DNA of 64,000 nt from Tubiluchus corallicola (lineage: Eukaryota > Animalia > Priapulida). The notes under the pieces are model-generated. The model was not told the origin of the DNA. It did no database searches and saw only the letters and a program-made list of their open reading frames with translations. Where the stretch lies: assembly GCA_030141605.1 (NCBI GenBank), contig JAQGDQ010000067.1, forward strand, positions 673,872 to 737,871, given 5' to 3'. Positions 52,329 to 64,000 of this stretch are shown here, in pieces (the stretch's first letter is position 1; every line of letters starts with the position of its first letter). The translations under genes and the position numbers were made by a program.

Positions 52329-53790
52329 CTTTGGCAATTATGGTTTAAAAGTTTAATAATTAATGCATTTAAAGATTTGCTCTTCTTGCATCTTTTATTC
52401 ATTAATTTGTTGTTTAACTATTTAATGAATTAAATGGCTAAGCTTCTGAAAATGAAAGGATATGCTTTTAATACAGTTACAGTGTATAAAGAAATTCAGT
52501 TAAAAATCACTTGTAAATTTACTGCAAAACATAATTGTAATTAATGTATGTGCAATAAGTAATAAAGCTTATTCTGTACGTTTTAAATAGCAATTTTGTG
52601 TTTTAATACAAATGTTCTTTCAGAGGTTGTCTCATTGTAACTATCAGTCTATAGCATATCAGTCAACTATAATGATTTATTAAAATTTCAGAACATTTTG
52701 CAAATTAGCTCTTCGCATCATCAGCCTACATTAAATTTTTACAAAATCCTGAGTATTATAAACATTTGTATTCAGCATAGTTGCTATAAAAGGTCTATGC
52801 ATGTGAAACTTAAAATAAGGAACAGGTACACATTCCAACAGTACATGAATCTGATTAGTGCTCTTATCAGATAAACTTATTTTAAAACACGCTAAAAAGT
52901 CTAATGAATAAACAAAACTAAAATATTTAAATTATATTTTATACAACTTATACCAGTTATGGGTTTGAGCCGTTGGGATAGAGAACGTTACATTACCACT
53001 GCAAAGAAAAACCAGAATAGCAGTACGAAATTATTAATTATAATTACGAATACCGCAAGACCTGAATACAAATACAGTGCCCACATTAGTGTTAGCACTG
53101 AAGCGATGAAGACACTTGACGCTACATCTTAATCTCTCAATAATCTAAGCTCGTATGCCTTATGAGCTTACGAAAGGTATGCACATGAATCTAGAGAGTC
53201 TACAAACATGGGATGCCCTAGTCTGACTAATGAACAGGATTGACATGATTGCACACATTAAGCCTCACTAAACAGAAAACACAGAAAAGTAAATTACCCT
53301 AGAAAGATTTGTTACAGATGTTTATTGCAATACAGCATTTTACAGTACATATTATTAATTATTATAAAAGCTGAAACTGCCGGATGCTGATATCTAGTGG
53401 TTGTTTATAATTTTTATAACAATAACTTAAACTTCAATCAACCATAGCGTTGCAACACTACATGTGAAAAACTTTAGTGGTAATTTGTCTAAATAGTCTT
53501 TTTCAGTTTGTTTTCTCAGCAATAATTACCAGTAATCAAAGTTTAAAAATTTAAATTGCTAATAAAAAGCTTACTTTATTTTCAACTTTTTCACATTGTC
53601 TCATAATATAAAATTATTACACTAACTTTTGCCAAAATAATACAAAATATGGTCCAGTTTCAAGGCCATAGACAAGAACTTTAAAATGTATTTTGTTCTT
53701 TCATACCATGGCATATGTTATTTTGCGCATGTGCTAAAGTTCTGTAAGACCTTTGACATCATTGGTTCACTAACTATGCAAGTGTAATCA

Positions 53791-55809
53791 TCAATGGTGC
53801 GAATGTGGGTGAGGTTCCTTTGACGCCATGTGACGTATTAACAAATTATTAAACTTTTCCAACTTCTTTAAATCTTGTTGATTTTCTGTCTTATACTGAA
53901 GGCACTGAAAAAATGAAGTGAAACTCAAAAGTCAAAGCTCTGTTCACATTAGAACATTACAATTAAAAATGTTCAAATTCTGTTTTTATTGTATATGAAG
54001 GAATTTCATAAATTTTTTGAATTCTTTACAATAAGAACAATATCTGTTTCATAACAACTCACAAATGCTTTTCCTGCTGTCAGATGACTACTAGTGTGCT
54101 ATAGAAAACTTGATTTTTTTCTAACAAAAATTTAACAAATTTTTATATAGTGGGTTGTTTATGAAAAAGGAAATCTATAGGTCTAATTATGCTAAAATCA
54201 GTACAGTTAAAAGCAATGTACATGCATGAGTGCTTGCATATACACACACACACAATCGCACGCACTACATGTAAGAAGTAATATTCATTATGTATTTAGC
54301 TGACTACTAAAGCTAAATACAAACCAGTATTTTTCATATAATCACTTGAATAACACACCCATTCAATAGTTGGTGAGTTTGTTTAGTTAGTAACTTTGTT
54401 TGTTTACATATTACTACACACTCAATAGGCTGAGCTTCTAGGTGAGAATTCAAAACACTATTAAATTATCTTATCTAAGCATAAATATAATAAACAGTGC
54501 AGTGACATGGGCATTTGTTATTAGTTCTTATAAAATGTTTTGAAAGATTTTAGTTTGAAATTAGAATGTACAGATTTACCTCTGTATTGTCTGTCATTTT
54601 CACCACAAAGCAGCCGTCGGACTGGCGATATTTCAATACAAATCTAGCCTAAAGTAAAGGCAATCAAGTTACATTAGCAAGACTTACATGGGACGTTACA
54701 AGGAACAGTAATAAAATTATGATATCAAATTAAGCACTATGAATATTAAAATATATAATTTATTTCCTCTTATCTCATTGTCTCATTTCAGGATTTTTGT
54801 TGACAATGAGCTAGGTTCTGGTCCTGCATAACTGTATGGCACTGCAACCATCTACATTCGGCAGATCTTATCACAGGGTGCCGGATTCTAGCTTGGAAAG
54901 AGCTAAAGTGCATAAAGTCAACGGCTTAAATTACGTTAAACTGCAACGAAAGAAACGAAGAAAGCTGCAACTGTACAGACTCTCAGCAAGAAGGCATAGA
55001 GGCTGCAACTGTACAGACTCTCAGCAAGAAGCCATAGAGGCTGCAACTGTACAGACTTTCAGCAAGAAGCCATAGAGGCTGCAACTGTACAGACTCAGCA
55101 AGAAGCCATAGAGGCTGCAACTGTACAGACTCTCAGCAAGAAGCCATAGAGGCTGCAACTGTACAGACTCTCAGCAAGAAGCCATAGAGGCTGCAACTGT
55201 ACAGACTCTCAGCAAGAAGCCATAGAGGCAGACCCATAGAAATATATAAAGCCTTCTTGGATTCACAGGTGTCAAACCTGATGAATACTTTATTAGATGT
55301 ACCACAATCATCAGAGAACATAGTTACAAACTTTACAAGCTATCACCGATAGATGTTGACTTAGTTTTTCCAATGCTGAGATTCATTTCTGGAACTCGTT
55401 ACTGGAACAAGTAGTTAGTGGTACAAATGGGATAAACTTGACAAATTCCTCTCCACAAGAAACCTCCTGTTTTAATGCCACTTGGCGTGCTTGGATTGGA
55501 GCACACTACGCACCTAAACCAAGCAGTATTTAGGACTTCATGAAGCATTACATAGCTTACATGCCAGAAGTGATAGCTAACAGGACAGATGGTAACTTTC
55601 CTGGTGGGTGTATCGACTTTTACAATTGCTACATGTACTAGCAAGTTGTTATGCTGTCATAGATAAATGTCAGCTTAAGGCACACCATCTGAAACCTACT
55701 ACATCATTTAACGAAAAACCTCATAAAGGTCACTCACTTTCATTGGATCAGCTAAATATAAACGTTCGGCAGCCTTGGCAAAATCCTCCCATGATGTAAA
55801 GTATGTCAT
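53791..55809 (-). CDS. SRP9: Signal recognition particle 9 kDa protein; coding exons 55809-55738, 54648-54580, 53904-53791 (84 aa)
   Basis: MTYFTSWEDFAKAAERLYLADPMK|ARFVLKYRQSDGCFVVKMTDNTE|CLQYKTENQQDLKKLEKFNNLLIRHMASKEPHPHSHH*, collinear with recalled human SRP9; phase-0 GT-AG introns; minus-strand AATAAA near 53575-53580. Confidence 0.96.
54964..55229. repeat. 38-bp minisatellite, 7 copies, in an SRP9 intron
   Basis: Unit GCTGCAACTGTACAGACTCTCAGCAAGAAGCCATAGAG, head-to-tail, one 36-bp variant, no spacers. Confidence 0.95.
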
Positions 55810-57789
55810 TCTTTTTCGTTACCTATAACAAATTTATCTTTTTTCACAAATTTAACATTAATTTGTATTAGTGGTAGCATACAAGTACATGCAATAAGTT
55901 ATCAGTTACTGTGTGAAAGCACTCAAGCAATTTGGACCTTTAACTGTGCAATTCACAATAAGGTTTTCACAAAGAATTCATTAGTGCATTACAGCTAGTA
56001 AAATCGTATCAGCAGTGTCATTATTTCTTGTAGTATCTAGTACTCTATAGAAGGTGAAATTTTATCTTTCCGTTTCTTATAATCACATGTTCTTATATTC
56101 TCTATGCTAATAAAATGTCCTTTTGCTTGATGTAGGCCTGTGACCTAAACATGTGTATTTATCAGTATCTGCCTTAACTACCTTAACAATGCACCACTGA
56201 GTACACTTATTTGACATCATGCTTTCTTTGAGGGGGCAGTCTAAATAACTTATAGTTAGTGATAATGAATTTTGACCAGATGAGGCTTCAGGTCACACGA
56301 TGCTGTGCAGGACAAATTTGAATCTTACAATCCCCTCACTTCTATACTCGTACACCTCATTGCTTGCCCAGTGCTTGTCTACTAATAGTCATCTATCATA
56401 TGTTCCGAAAGTGAAACCCACGTTCTGGCAGGCTATTACATTTATTATATATTACCAGTTGGAAATAAAATCTTGTAAAACTTAAGTTGTAATACTTCTA
56501 ACTTCTTCAGCTTTTACGAAAAGCGCCACTCACAAGATTTGGGGCTTCTTTATCAGATAGTATTATGAGCAGACTGCGGTATCATGTAATGTAATTAACC
56601 AATTTCGTTTGACAGTATACATGAGATAAAACATTATAATGAGAATTTTTGTACTTCATTTAGTAATGTTTGAAATGAAATGGTGGCTCTCCATGCCCTG
56701 TAACTATAAGTTCACATTGGATGATAATCATGCTACATGTCCCTGCAGAATTAAGGTTATGTGCTGATATAGTTTTCACTTCAAATGTAGGTGAAACATC
56801 AATTTACACACCAGGAAAAGCTGAAAGGGCAGTTCCTAAACCATTTATCACAATCGGGGAGTAAGAAATTTCATTTTAATACCTTTAATTCTAGTTTCTC
56901 CAACCATTGATATATATAAAAAAGGTAAGCAAAAGCATTTCTTAAAAGAAATGCAAAGCCAAAACTACAATTTGAAAGAAAATTTTGTTAAAAAAAACAT
57001 TAAACCATAATGAAACTCAAGTGGGAGATTTCATGCAGAAAATTTTGCATATTAGACTAAACACGGTTCACATTAAAAGAAATCACACAAGCAGTTACAA
57101 AAATAATCTAATTGTTTACCCAATATAAGTTAAATTTATTGCATGAGGCCTATATCTGAATATGTGAGAGAAAAAACACTAGTGCTGGAATATGATAAAC
57201 TAAAGTAAATATCTTAGATTTAGATTTATTTATCCATCTAAACTTAGTATACAAAATACTACTTAAAGGTCATGTCAATATACTTATTCTACTTCCTTAT
57301 GCCAAGGTCTATTTAAGTTATACATATGTATAAGTTTTGTACTATTTACTAACACCTAAAATGCAAAATTCCGTATGAGTGTATCACTACGAGGGTCTAT
57401 GCTTGTATAAGTACGTGTTTTCAAGTACGCATGCATTTGTATGAAAGCATATACATAAACATATAGTCATATACATGGCGTGTAAGTGTGCGCGTGTGTA
57501 TGCAAGCAAATTATATGTGCATGTGCTTACACATCTCCATGACAGCGAGTAAGTGATGCATTTATTTACAACCCAAGAGGTACCTGTTAGTGTTTAAAAG
57601 TTAAATGCTTCTTATAATTTACGAACACTGAAATGATCACTTGTCACATAGGTCAAAATACATTGCATGCATTACTATATATATATATATAAGTGAAAAC
57701 ATGCTTCTTAACCCCCACCCACAAAAGAGAAGAAACAGGGTGCAATTTGACAAAGCTAAAAATAATGGTATAAATAACTACAAATTGCT

Positions 57790-59305
57790 AAGCCATTCTG
57801 TATTTATCCGTGATGCAAGTGCCATATAGTGCTATAATGTGTGACAGTTGTCAGCATACTGATCATCTAACAAGTCTGGCCAATTTTTGTAACAACATTA
57901 TTAAAGTGCTTGATGATGCTGCAGCTTAGTCAATCCCCAAGAAAGGTACATGCTCACCCAAAACAAATAGCTGGCTGGAATGACTTTGTAAAGGATAAGT
58001 ATGAGCTATCTAAACACGTCTTTCATATGTGGGTCAATAATGGAAGCACGGTATCCTGGCTGATGAGATGTGATGCACAGGGGCCAATTTTAAACGAGCT
58101 TTGAGACAATGTAATCAAACAGGAAGAAGTAATTAAAGATGTTAAACTTGCTCTCAGCGCAATTGACTCGGATTCTTTTAAAAACTGGAACAATATTAAA
58201 AACCAATGTAACTCCAGAGTTCTACGCAACAAAATAAATAACGCAACTAGTCAACATGAGATTTGTAACATGTGGTATAGCTATTACAAAACATTGCTAA
58301 ACAGTGCTGACACTCTTCATCAGTGGAAAAACTTAGAACACATTTATAACGGTTACCATTATAGTATCCGCATTACCAAATCTTTTATTCTTAATTTGTG
58401 TCACCCACGCCTTCCTTCCTGACCGCATGATACAAAGTGTTGTTGCTTCTTTAGTAAAAGATAAAAATGGGAACTTAGCTAACACCAATAATTACCGATC
58501 CAATGCAAAGTTTTTTCCAACCACTGACTCACAATTTAGCTATAAGAAAAATCATGGCGCAGACATGTGCAATTGTGCATACACATTCTTAAAGAAATAA
58601 TAAACTTATATAAATCTAACAACAGTTGTATACACAGGTATGGTTGTGAGATGGGGTGAACTTATCTCACCATTCTTTACGGCACCAAATGGACTCAAGC
58701 AAGAAAGAATTCTTTCTACAAAACTTTTTAACAGTTATTTTTATGAACTGAGTGTAAATTTAATAAGTACTTAAATAGGATGCACACAATCACCTGTCCT
58801 ATGCAGATGATGTATGTTTGAGACTCCGGCCACTTCTGAACTTTAGCAGTGGGTGACGTTTATTTAAATAATGTACTTTTAAAAAATGTGAAAGAGAAAT
58901 AATTTGGTCATATATTTGATTATGAAAATAGGGATGATCATGATACAAATAGACAGCATGCTTTATTTTACATAAGGTCACACAAATTGATAAGAATTTT
59001 TTCAAAATGTAGCGCAAATGTAAAAAGAAAACTTTTTATATCACATTGTTCAAACTTCTATTGTGCAGCTCTATGGTACAATCAAATGTTCTGCAAGGGG
59101 AATGTGTGTTCAACTTAGCATACCGTATTTCGATACTATAGTTCGAAAACTTATTTATTCACTTAAAAACAGGCTGTCAAAAGTTGCAATACTGTGGTAC
59201 TAAACATATGGAACAGTGAATGCAGGTATCAAACTAAAATTCACCAGCACTAGCTGAAAAAAGTGAAAACTTTATATGTGTTAAACAAGCTATTACGACT
59301 TTATT
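57790..59305 (+). mobile_element. Degenerate LINE (ORF2 with deletions), copy 2 of the family at 31264-31930
   Basis: IAGWNDFVK, KDKNGNLANTNNYRS and NHLSYADD segments; 3' ~500 bp nearly identical to copy 1. Confidence 0.85.
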
Positions 59306-59429
59306 ACGAACATTGCGTTTTTAGCTCCTGTTTCTATAATAAGTTTGTCAACGGTGCGAAATATCACCAAGTGATAGTGAATTGATGTTTAGTGTCGTAA
59401 TGAAATGCTTTTGAAGACTAATTACCTAC

Positions 59430-59660
59430 CTCATGCGGAACTTTTACAACTTTCACTTTTCAAATACCTTTGTCGCTGTCCCACCGTGTTACAACTTGCG
59501 AGTCAAAGGAGTCATGACCTGGGCTAAATTAATACGATTTTTCCACGACTTTTCTTGATAATTTCTCAAAAAATCGCAAAATGAGCAAGCAACACGGGGA
59601 CACTTTGCTGATACGTACAAAATCGCACAAAGCATTCTCATGTTGCTAAATTCCTTTTGA
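59430..59660 (-). promoter_or_regulatory. Candidate SRP9 non-coding first exon / CpG-rich bidirectional promoter arm
   Basis: The SRP9 ATG exon has an acceptor at 55823-55824 so an upstream exon is expected; CpG-rich segment with minus-strand donors GTAGGT (59429) and GTATTT (59467). Confidence 0.5.
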
Positions 59661-59679
59661 GTGAAATTGTGGATTGATT

Positions 59680-60575
59680 TGTTGGGAGCCGAGTGGACCA
59701 CTGCGCCAAGTAGACCACTTGATGCACTAAAAGTAGTGTCCTACATGGGCAGCCCAAGTAGGACACTAGCGATTTTTGTCGAGAATCGGTAATTTTATAT
59801 TCCAGTTTATATTACCATTGTTTATAAGTATTGTTATGACATAATAAAACATAAAACAAAATGTCTTTTAGAAATGGATATTCCTTGGCAATTTACAAAT
59901 GCATTTCTTACAATATGATTAACTCCATTAATATATCATAACATAAACCTAGTATCTAATGCTTTAAAGAGAGAAATTCTGCACACAGTTATTACAGAAA
60001 TAATTGCAAATTTAAAAATGAGACAGATGCTGCTAAGCCTTCACAACACCAAAAAGTAAATTTTAACATTTAAGAAAAGCAAGGATAATTAGTTTTAATA
60101 TTATCAGTAGTATTGTAACATGTAGGGCACTGTTCCTACATAGATCGCTAGAACGTTTACTTATAAGAAAACAATTATTTGCCCAAGAGGTAGTGAAACG
60201 GATCACCTGTTTGTGAAGTGAGACAAAATCAAAAATGATATACCTTAAACAAATGTTGAATTCGCAAAAAGTGCTTTTTTCACTTCAACAACATTAATAT
60301 CGAAACCAAATTTAATATTGTCCGTTCTACCAACTCAGAATAAAATTCTTTTATTTTATTAGATGTATAATAAATTATTCAACGTGTACTAACGTTTTTA
60401 ATTAGTATTATTACATAAACAAGCACAACGGACGGTGTCAGTACACTTAACGACTCAATTCACGACCTGTCTCTAGTGTCCTACTTGGGCAGCCCAAGTA
60501 GACCGCGGTCTACTTGGGCTAGCCCAAGTAGACCAATTGGTCTACTTGGCTCAGTGGTCCACTCGGCTCCCAACA
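59680..60575. mobile_element. Ginger-type MITE (TGT...ACA, 4-bp TSD), 896 bp
   Basis: ~38-bp TIR TGTTGGGAGCCGAGTGGACCACTG(C/A)GCCAAGTAGACCA with one mismatch, palindromic subterminal CCAAGTAG repeats, TSD GATT at 59676-59679 and 60576-60579. Confidence 0.88.
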
Positions 60576-60589
60576 GATTTATTTTGACA

Positions 60590-60655
60590 GGGTGTTGCGC
60601 AAGAAAGGGAAGAAGAACTAATGAAGTTCTTCACAAAGTTTGGAAGCTTGGCGAG
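60590..60655 (+). other. Candidate 5'UTR exon of the CHAC gene
   Basis: Donor GAG|GTAAGC at 60656; acceptor tttctatag at 60861 just before the start codon. 5' boundary unknown. Confidence 0.55.
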
Positions 60656-60864
60656 GTAAGCTTGACATCTCCACATCTTAAATCACGCACTATGCAATTT
60701 AAATTTATGCATACTACTTTCTAGGTTTAATCAACTTGTGTTAAATCAATCAGACACTGTGTTTGGTTAGTTCGAAAACTTCATCACTTCTGTGATACTT
60801 CTCTTAATTTAAATATGGAATTTTAATTCTTATTAATCTATTTTTATTAATGTTTCTATAGAAC

Positions 60865-63614
60865 ATGAAAATGTGGGTGTTTGGGTATGGCTCGTTGGTA
60901 TGGAAGGTTGACTTCCCTATAAAGCACAGCATTGTCGGATATATTGAAGGTTTTTCTCGAAGGTTCTGGCAACTAAGCGAAGACCATCGAGGCATCCCAG
61001 GAAAGGTAACGCCACATGCTAAATATTATTTTGCCGCGGAAGATTATTCATGAAACTCATTATTTTTGTGAATGCCGACTTTTTGTGTTACTCTTATGTT
61101 CAAAAGAGTTATAATAAACCTGGCTAATGTTGTTGAATTGTAAATCATCGTTAGTGTTAAACATCAGTCACAAGTTAATACTACACTATGTATTTTGTAT
61201 TGTACTTTGATGTAAGTTTAAAATTGTTATTAGTTAGTCATTAATGCAGTTAAACCAATTTTTATCAAAAGGTTGTACAAATGTATCAAACTTACGATGT
61301 CATATGTATAAAGAAAATGTATCTTGCTCTAAAAAATCATGTGGTATTAGCATAAAGGCGGTGACATTTCTTTCGACATTCTGTAATCTAAATTAGAGTT
61401 GCTGCATTTGATGCAATAACAATCGGTTTCGAAGATTAGTTTTTTTGAGAGATTTGCATGAGTTTTTATAAATTTTCAAGCATTTTAGTATCAATGTTCA
61501 TCACTGTCACTTCATGTCATAATAAAATGGGCTTCCATTTCCTTCATTTATCTGTGAACATTAACGTGTCACCCACTGATTTACTTCTTGGTCATATAGT
61601 AATGATTATTGAATTGTCAAAAATTCATCTTTTATCCTGCAGTCATTTTGTACATTGTTCTGCTGTAAAATGTTTCAGCTAGTCAACTAAGGAAGAAAAT
61701 AAACCAATGAATTTTATTGGAAGTCACAATTAGTGGAACCAGAGTATAGATAACTTTGAATTAGTCCAAAGTGAACGGTTGAACGAAATATATGTATGCA
61801 CATCTGGCCTGCAAATCTTAATAGTAGAATATCTTTATAAAGTATTCGTTGTGCAGACGAGTTTTGTTTTTCATTTTTAATTTTTTTTGAAATTATAATT
61901 TAATTATGTAATTTTGCCACCTTAAGTGTAATAATGTGAACATCCTTAAGTGAATCCTTAAGAACAGTTTCTGATGCTCTTTTTGCACAGCTAAAAGTTT
62001 TACAGTTTGTTTGTGAAAAGATTATAATAATCATTAATCACACACACAGTATTAATTATTTTCAGCCTGGGCGCGTTGTGACATTAGTGCGCACACCTGA
62101 TAAAAAGGTTAGTGATTACTATTACTTTAGTGGTATAAACTTTAAGTGGTATATTTATAAGAAATGGTAAAAAAAGAAGATAAACAGTAAACTTCAACTT
62201 CGTTACTAGCATTCTTGTTCTAATGGAAGTTCATTATCAACATATTTTTGGAAAGTAAGAATGCTACCTAGAAATTGTTGTTTGCTGACATTAAAACGAA
62301 ATATGATTACATTGCAATTACTAATTGCGACAAACAGAATTTAAAAAATTTCAGCACTTGCATTATGTTATAAACCAGGGGTGTACAAATTATCTGACTA
62401 GCCGGGCCACATTAAACTTTCCCGCAATTCCTGAGGGCCACAGGCAGTTTGGTCAAGGAGCAAATAGAAGTTATTAAAATTTATATTACAAACCATATAT
62501 TTCTACTTTCAGGACAGATAGTGGTAATTTCATTACAATGCATATTAGTAAGGGCCACATTAAACTTTCCCGCAATTCCTGAGGGCCACAGGCAGTTTGG
62601 TCAAGGAGCAAATAGAAGTTATTAAAATTTATATTACAAACCATATATTTCTACTTTCAGGACAGATAGTGGTAATTTCATTACAATGCATATTAGTAAT
62701 GTGTATCACACAGTCTGTGTAGTACAGTGACATTAAGCTACAACCGTCTTGTAAGGGTTAATGGCATCCGATCTAGTAGAAAAAACTACCCACACTATCT
62801 TTGGGATCGTGGCATGGACTTCAGCTGGATACACTCAATTAATCGCCCGGGCCGCACTTTCATTAGGTTGACAAATCTCTTCGTGGGCCGCAAGTGGCCC
62901 GCGGGCCTCAATTTGCTCACCCGTTATAAACTTTCTCACCATATGTTTAGTGCTTTACCTAAAACATAACTATGACCGCCACGCTGAGACATTTCTTATA
63001 CTGAAATGTTGCCTGCTCACTGTTCAGTGTCTGAACTACGTCTTGTCACTGAGTCCTTTGATCTCATCTCAGTCTGTGAAATGTCTTGTAACAAAAGCAA
63101 TAAAATTTGTTTAATTTACAAAGTGCAGATTTGTTATCTCTTTTTATTATTAAAATGTAAATTGGATTTTTTTTGATAATTCTCGCAACTTTATTATTCT
63201 TCACAGGAAAAGGTTTGGGGTGTAGCATACGAGATCAACAAGGAAGACATTGGAAAAGTAAAAGCATATCTCGATTTCCGGGAAAAAGATGGATACGAAA
63301 CAGTTCCAGTACTATTCCATCCACAGGATTCAACTTTAGAACCATTTGAATTACTCATATATCTAGGTGCTGAAAACAATCCTTTTTTTGCTGGTCCTGC
63401 TCCTCTAGAAAGCATCGCACAGCAAATACATGACTCGGTAGGACCAAGTGGTAGAAACACAGAATATTTGCTGAATTTGGCTGAGGCAATGAGAGCGATT
63501 GCACCGCATATCTATGACGAACATTTATTTCAACTGGAAGATCTGGTTAAAAAATATTGTATTGAAAATGTCAATTGTTTGTGCGTGTATGAAAGAGAAA
63601 AAGTTCGAGATTAG
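60865..63614 (+). CDS. CHAC2: Glutathione-specific gamma-glutamylcyclotransferase (ChaC family); exons 60865-61005, 62066-62107, 63207-63614 (196 aa)
   Basis: [16 protein letters not shown]...[16 protein letters not shown]|PGRVVTLV...|VWGVAY...[10 protein letters not shown]...[10 protein letters not shown]; phase-0 introns; AATAAA at 63701. Confidence 0.95.
62376..62923. mobile_element. hAT (Charlie-like) MITE with internal 148-bp tandem duplication
   Basis: CAGGGGTGTACAAATT / AATTTGCTCACCCG termini, GGGCC(A/G)C motifs, perfect 8-bp TSD TTATAAAC; duplication 62404-62551 / 62552-62699. Confidence 0.88.
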
Positions 63615-64000
63615 CTGATTGTGATATTTTATTATTTTGTGGTTAGTGATTTGACGGTTGTTGTTACCATGTTATTTGTGTTTATTGTCACTTGTTTGTA
63701 AATAAAATGTTTGCAGTCAGTGATGCACTAAACTGACTTGAGAGTTGTTGACACAATACAAGTTTTGTTATTCATGTTTATTGTCACATGTTTGTGAAAT
63801 ATTTGCAGTTAATTTTTTCATGTGTGTTTACTGATTAGTCAATTCTGATATCATTCATATCCAGTTATTTTCATGATAAAGTAGTCTGACATGCTCACAG
63901 TTCTCTTTAAAGTGCTAACATTATTAATGGTGCTCCGTAATCTAATTTTTTCCTCTTAGTACATGTATAAGTTACAGTATGCAATTACTGTGTAAGTTTT

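Noticed and set aside
54964-55229. 38-bp repeats as a CRISPR array
   Set aside because: Units are contiguous with no unique spacers, no cas genes, and lie in a eukaryotic intron.
56791-56930. Plus-strand exon-like segments inside the SRP9 leader intron
   Set aside because: Plausible AG/GT sites, but the implied intron is only ~34 nt and no protein is recognisable.
59489-59701. 70-aa minus-strand ORF as a separate gene
   Set aside because: Begins inside the MITE TIR, has no recognisable homology, and overlaps the probable SRP9 leader/promoter.

Overview
AT-rich, intron-rich eukaryotic (animal, probably invertebrate) genomic DNA; the supplied ORF track is mostly spurious, so genes were rebuilt by hand from GT-AG splice sites and exon phases. 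Four genes: (1) last coding exon of CZIB/C1orf123 (+, 638-715); (2) a ~31-exon, ~1290-aa latrophilin-like adhesion GPCR (+, 10555 to ~52328) with architecture SP-[EGF N-half]-CTLD-[EGF C-half]-RBL/SUEL-CTLD-Thr-rich stalk-HormR-GAIN/GPS-7TM-tail; (3) SRP9 (-, 3 coding exons, 55809-53791), absent from the ORF track; (4) CHAC2-like gamma-glutamylcyclotransferase (+, 3 coding exons, 60865-63614), head-to-head with SRP9 and separated from it by a Ginger-type MITE. Introns hold many transposon remnants (hAT, Tc1/pogo, Kolobok with a THAP remnant, foldback-like, several LINEs), including a three-level nested insertion. The most unusual signal is a complete C-type lectin domain, on three symmetric phase-1 exons, inserted inside a single EGF domain of the receptor. 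Family assignments are from recalled motifs; no database search was run.
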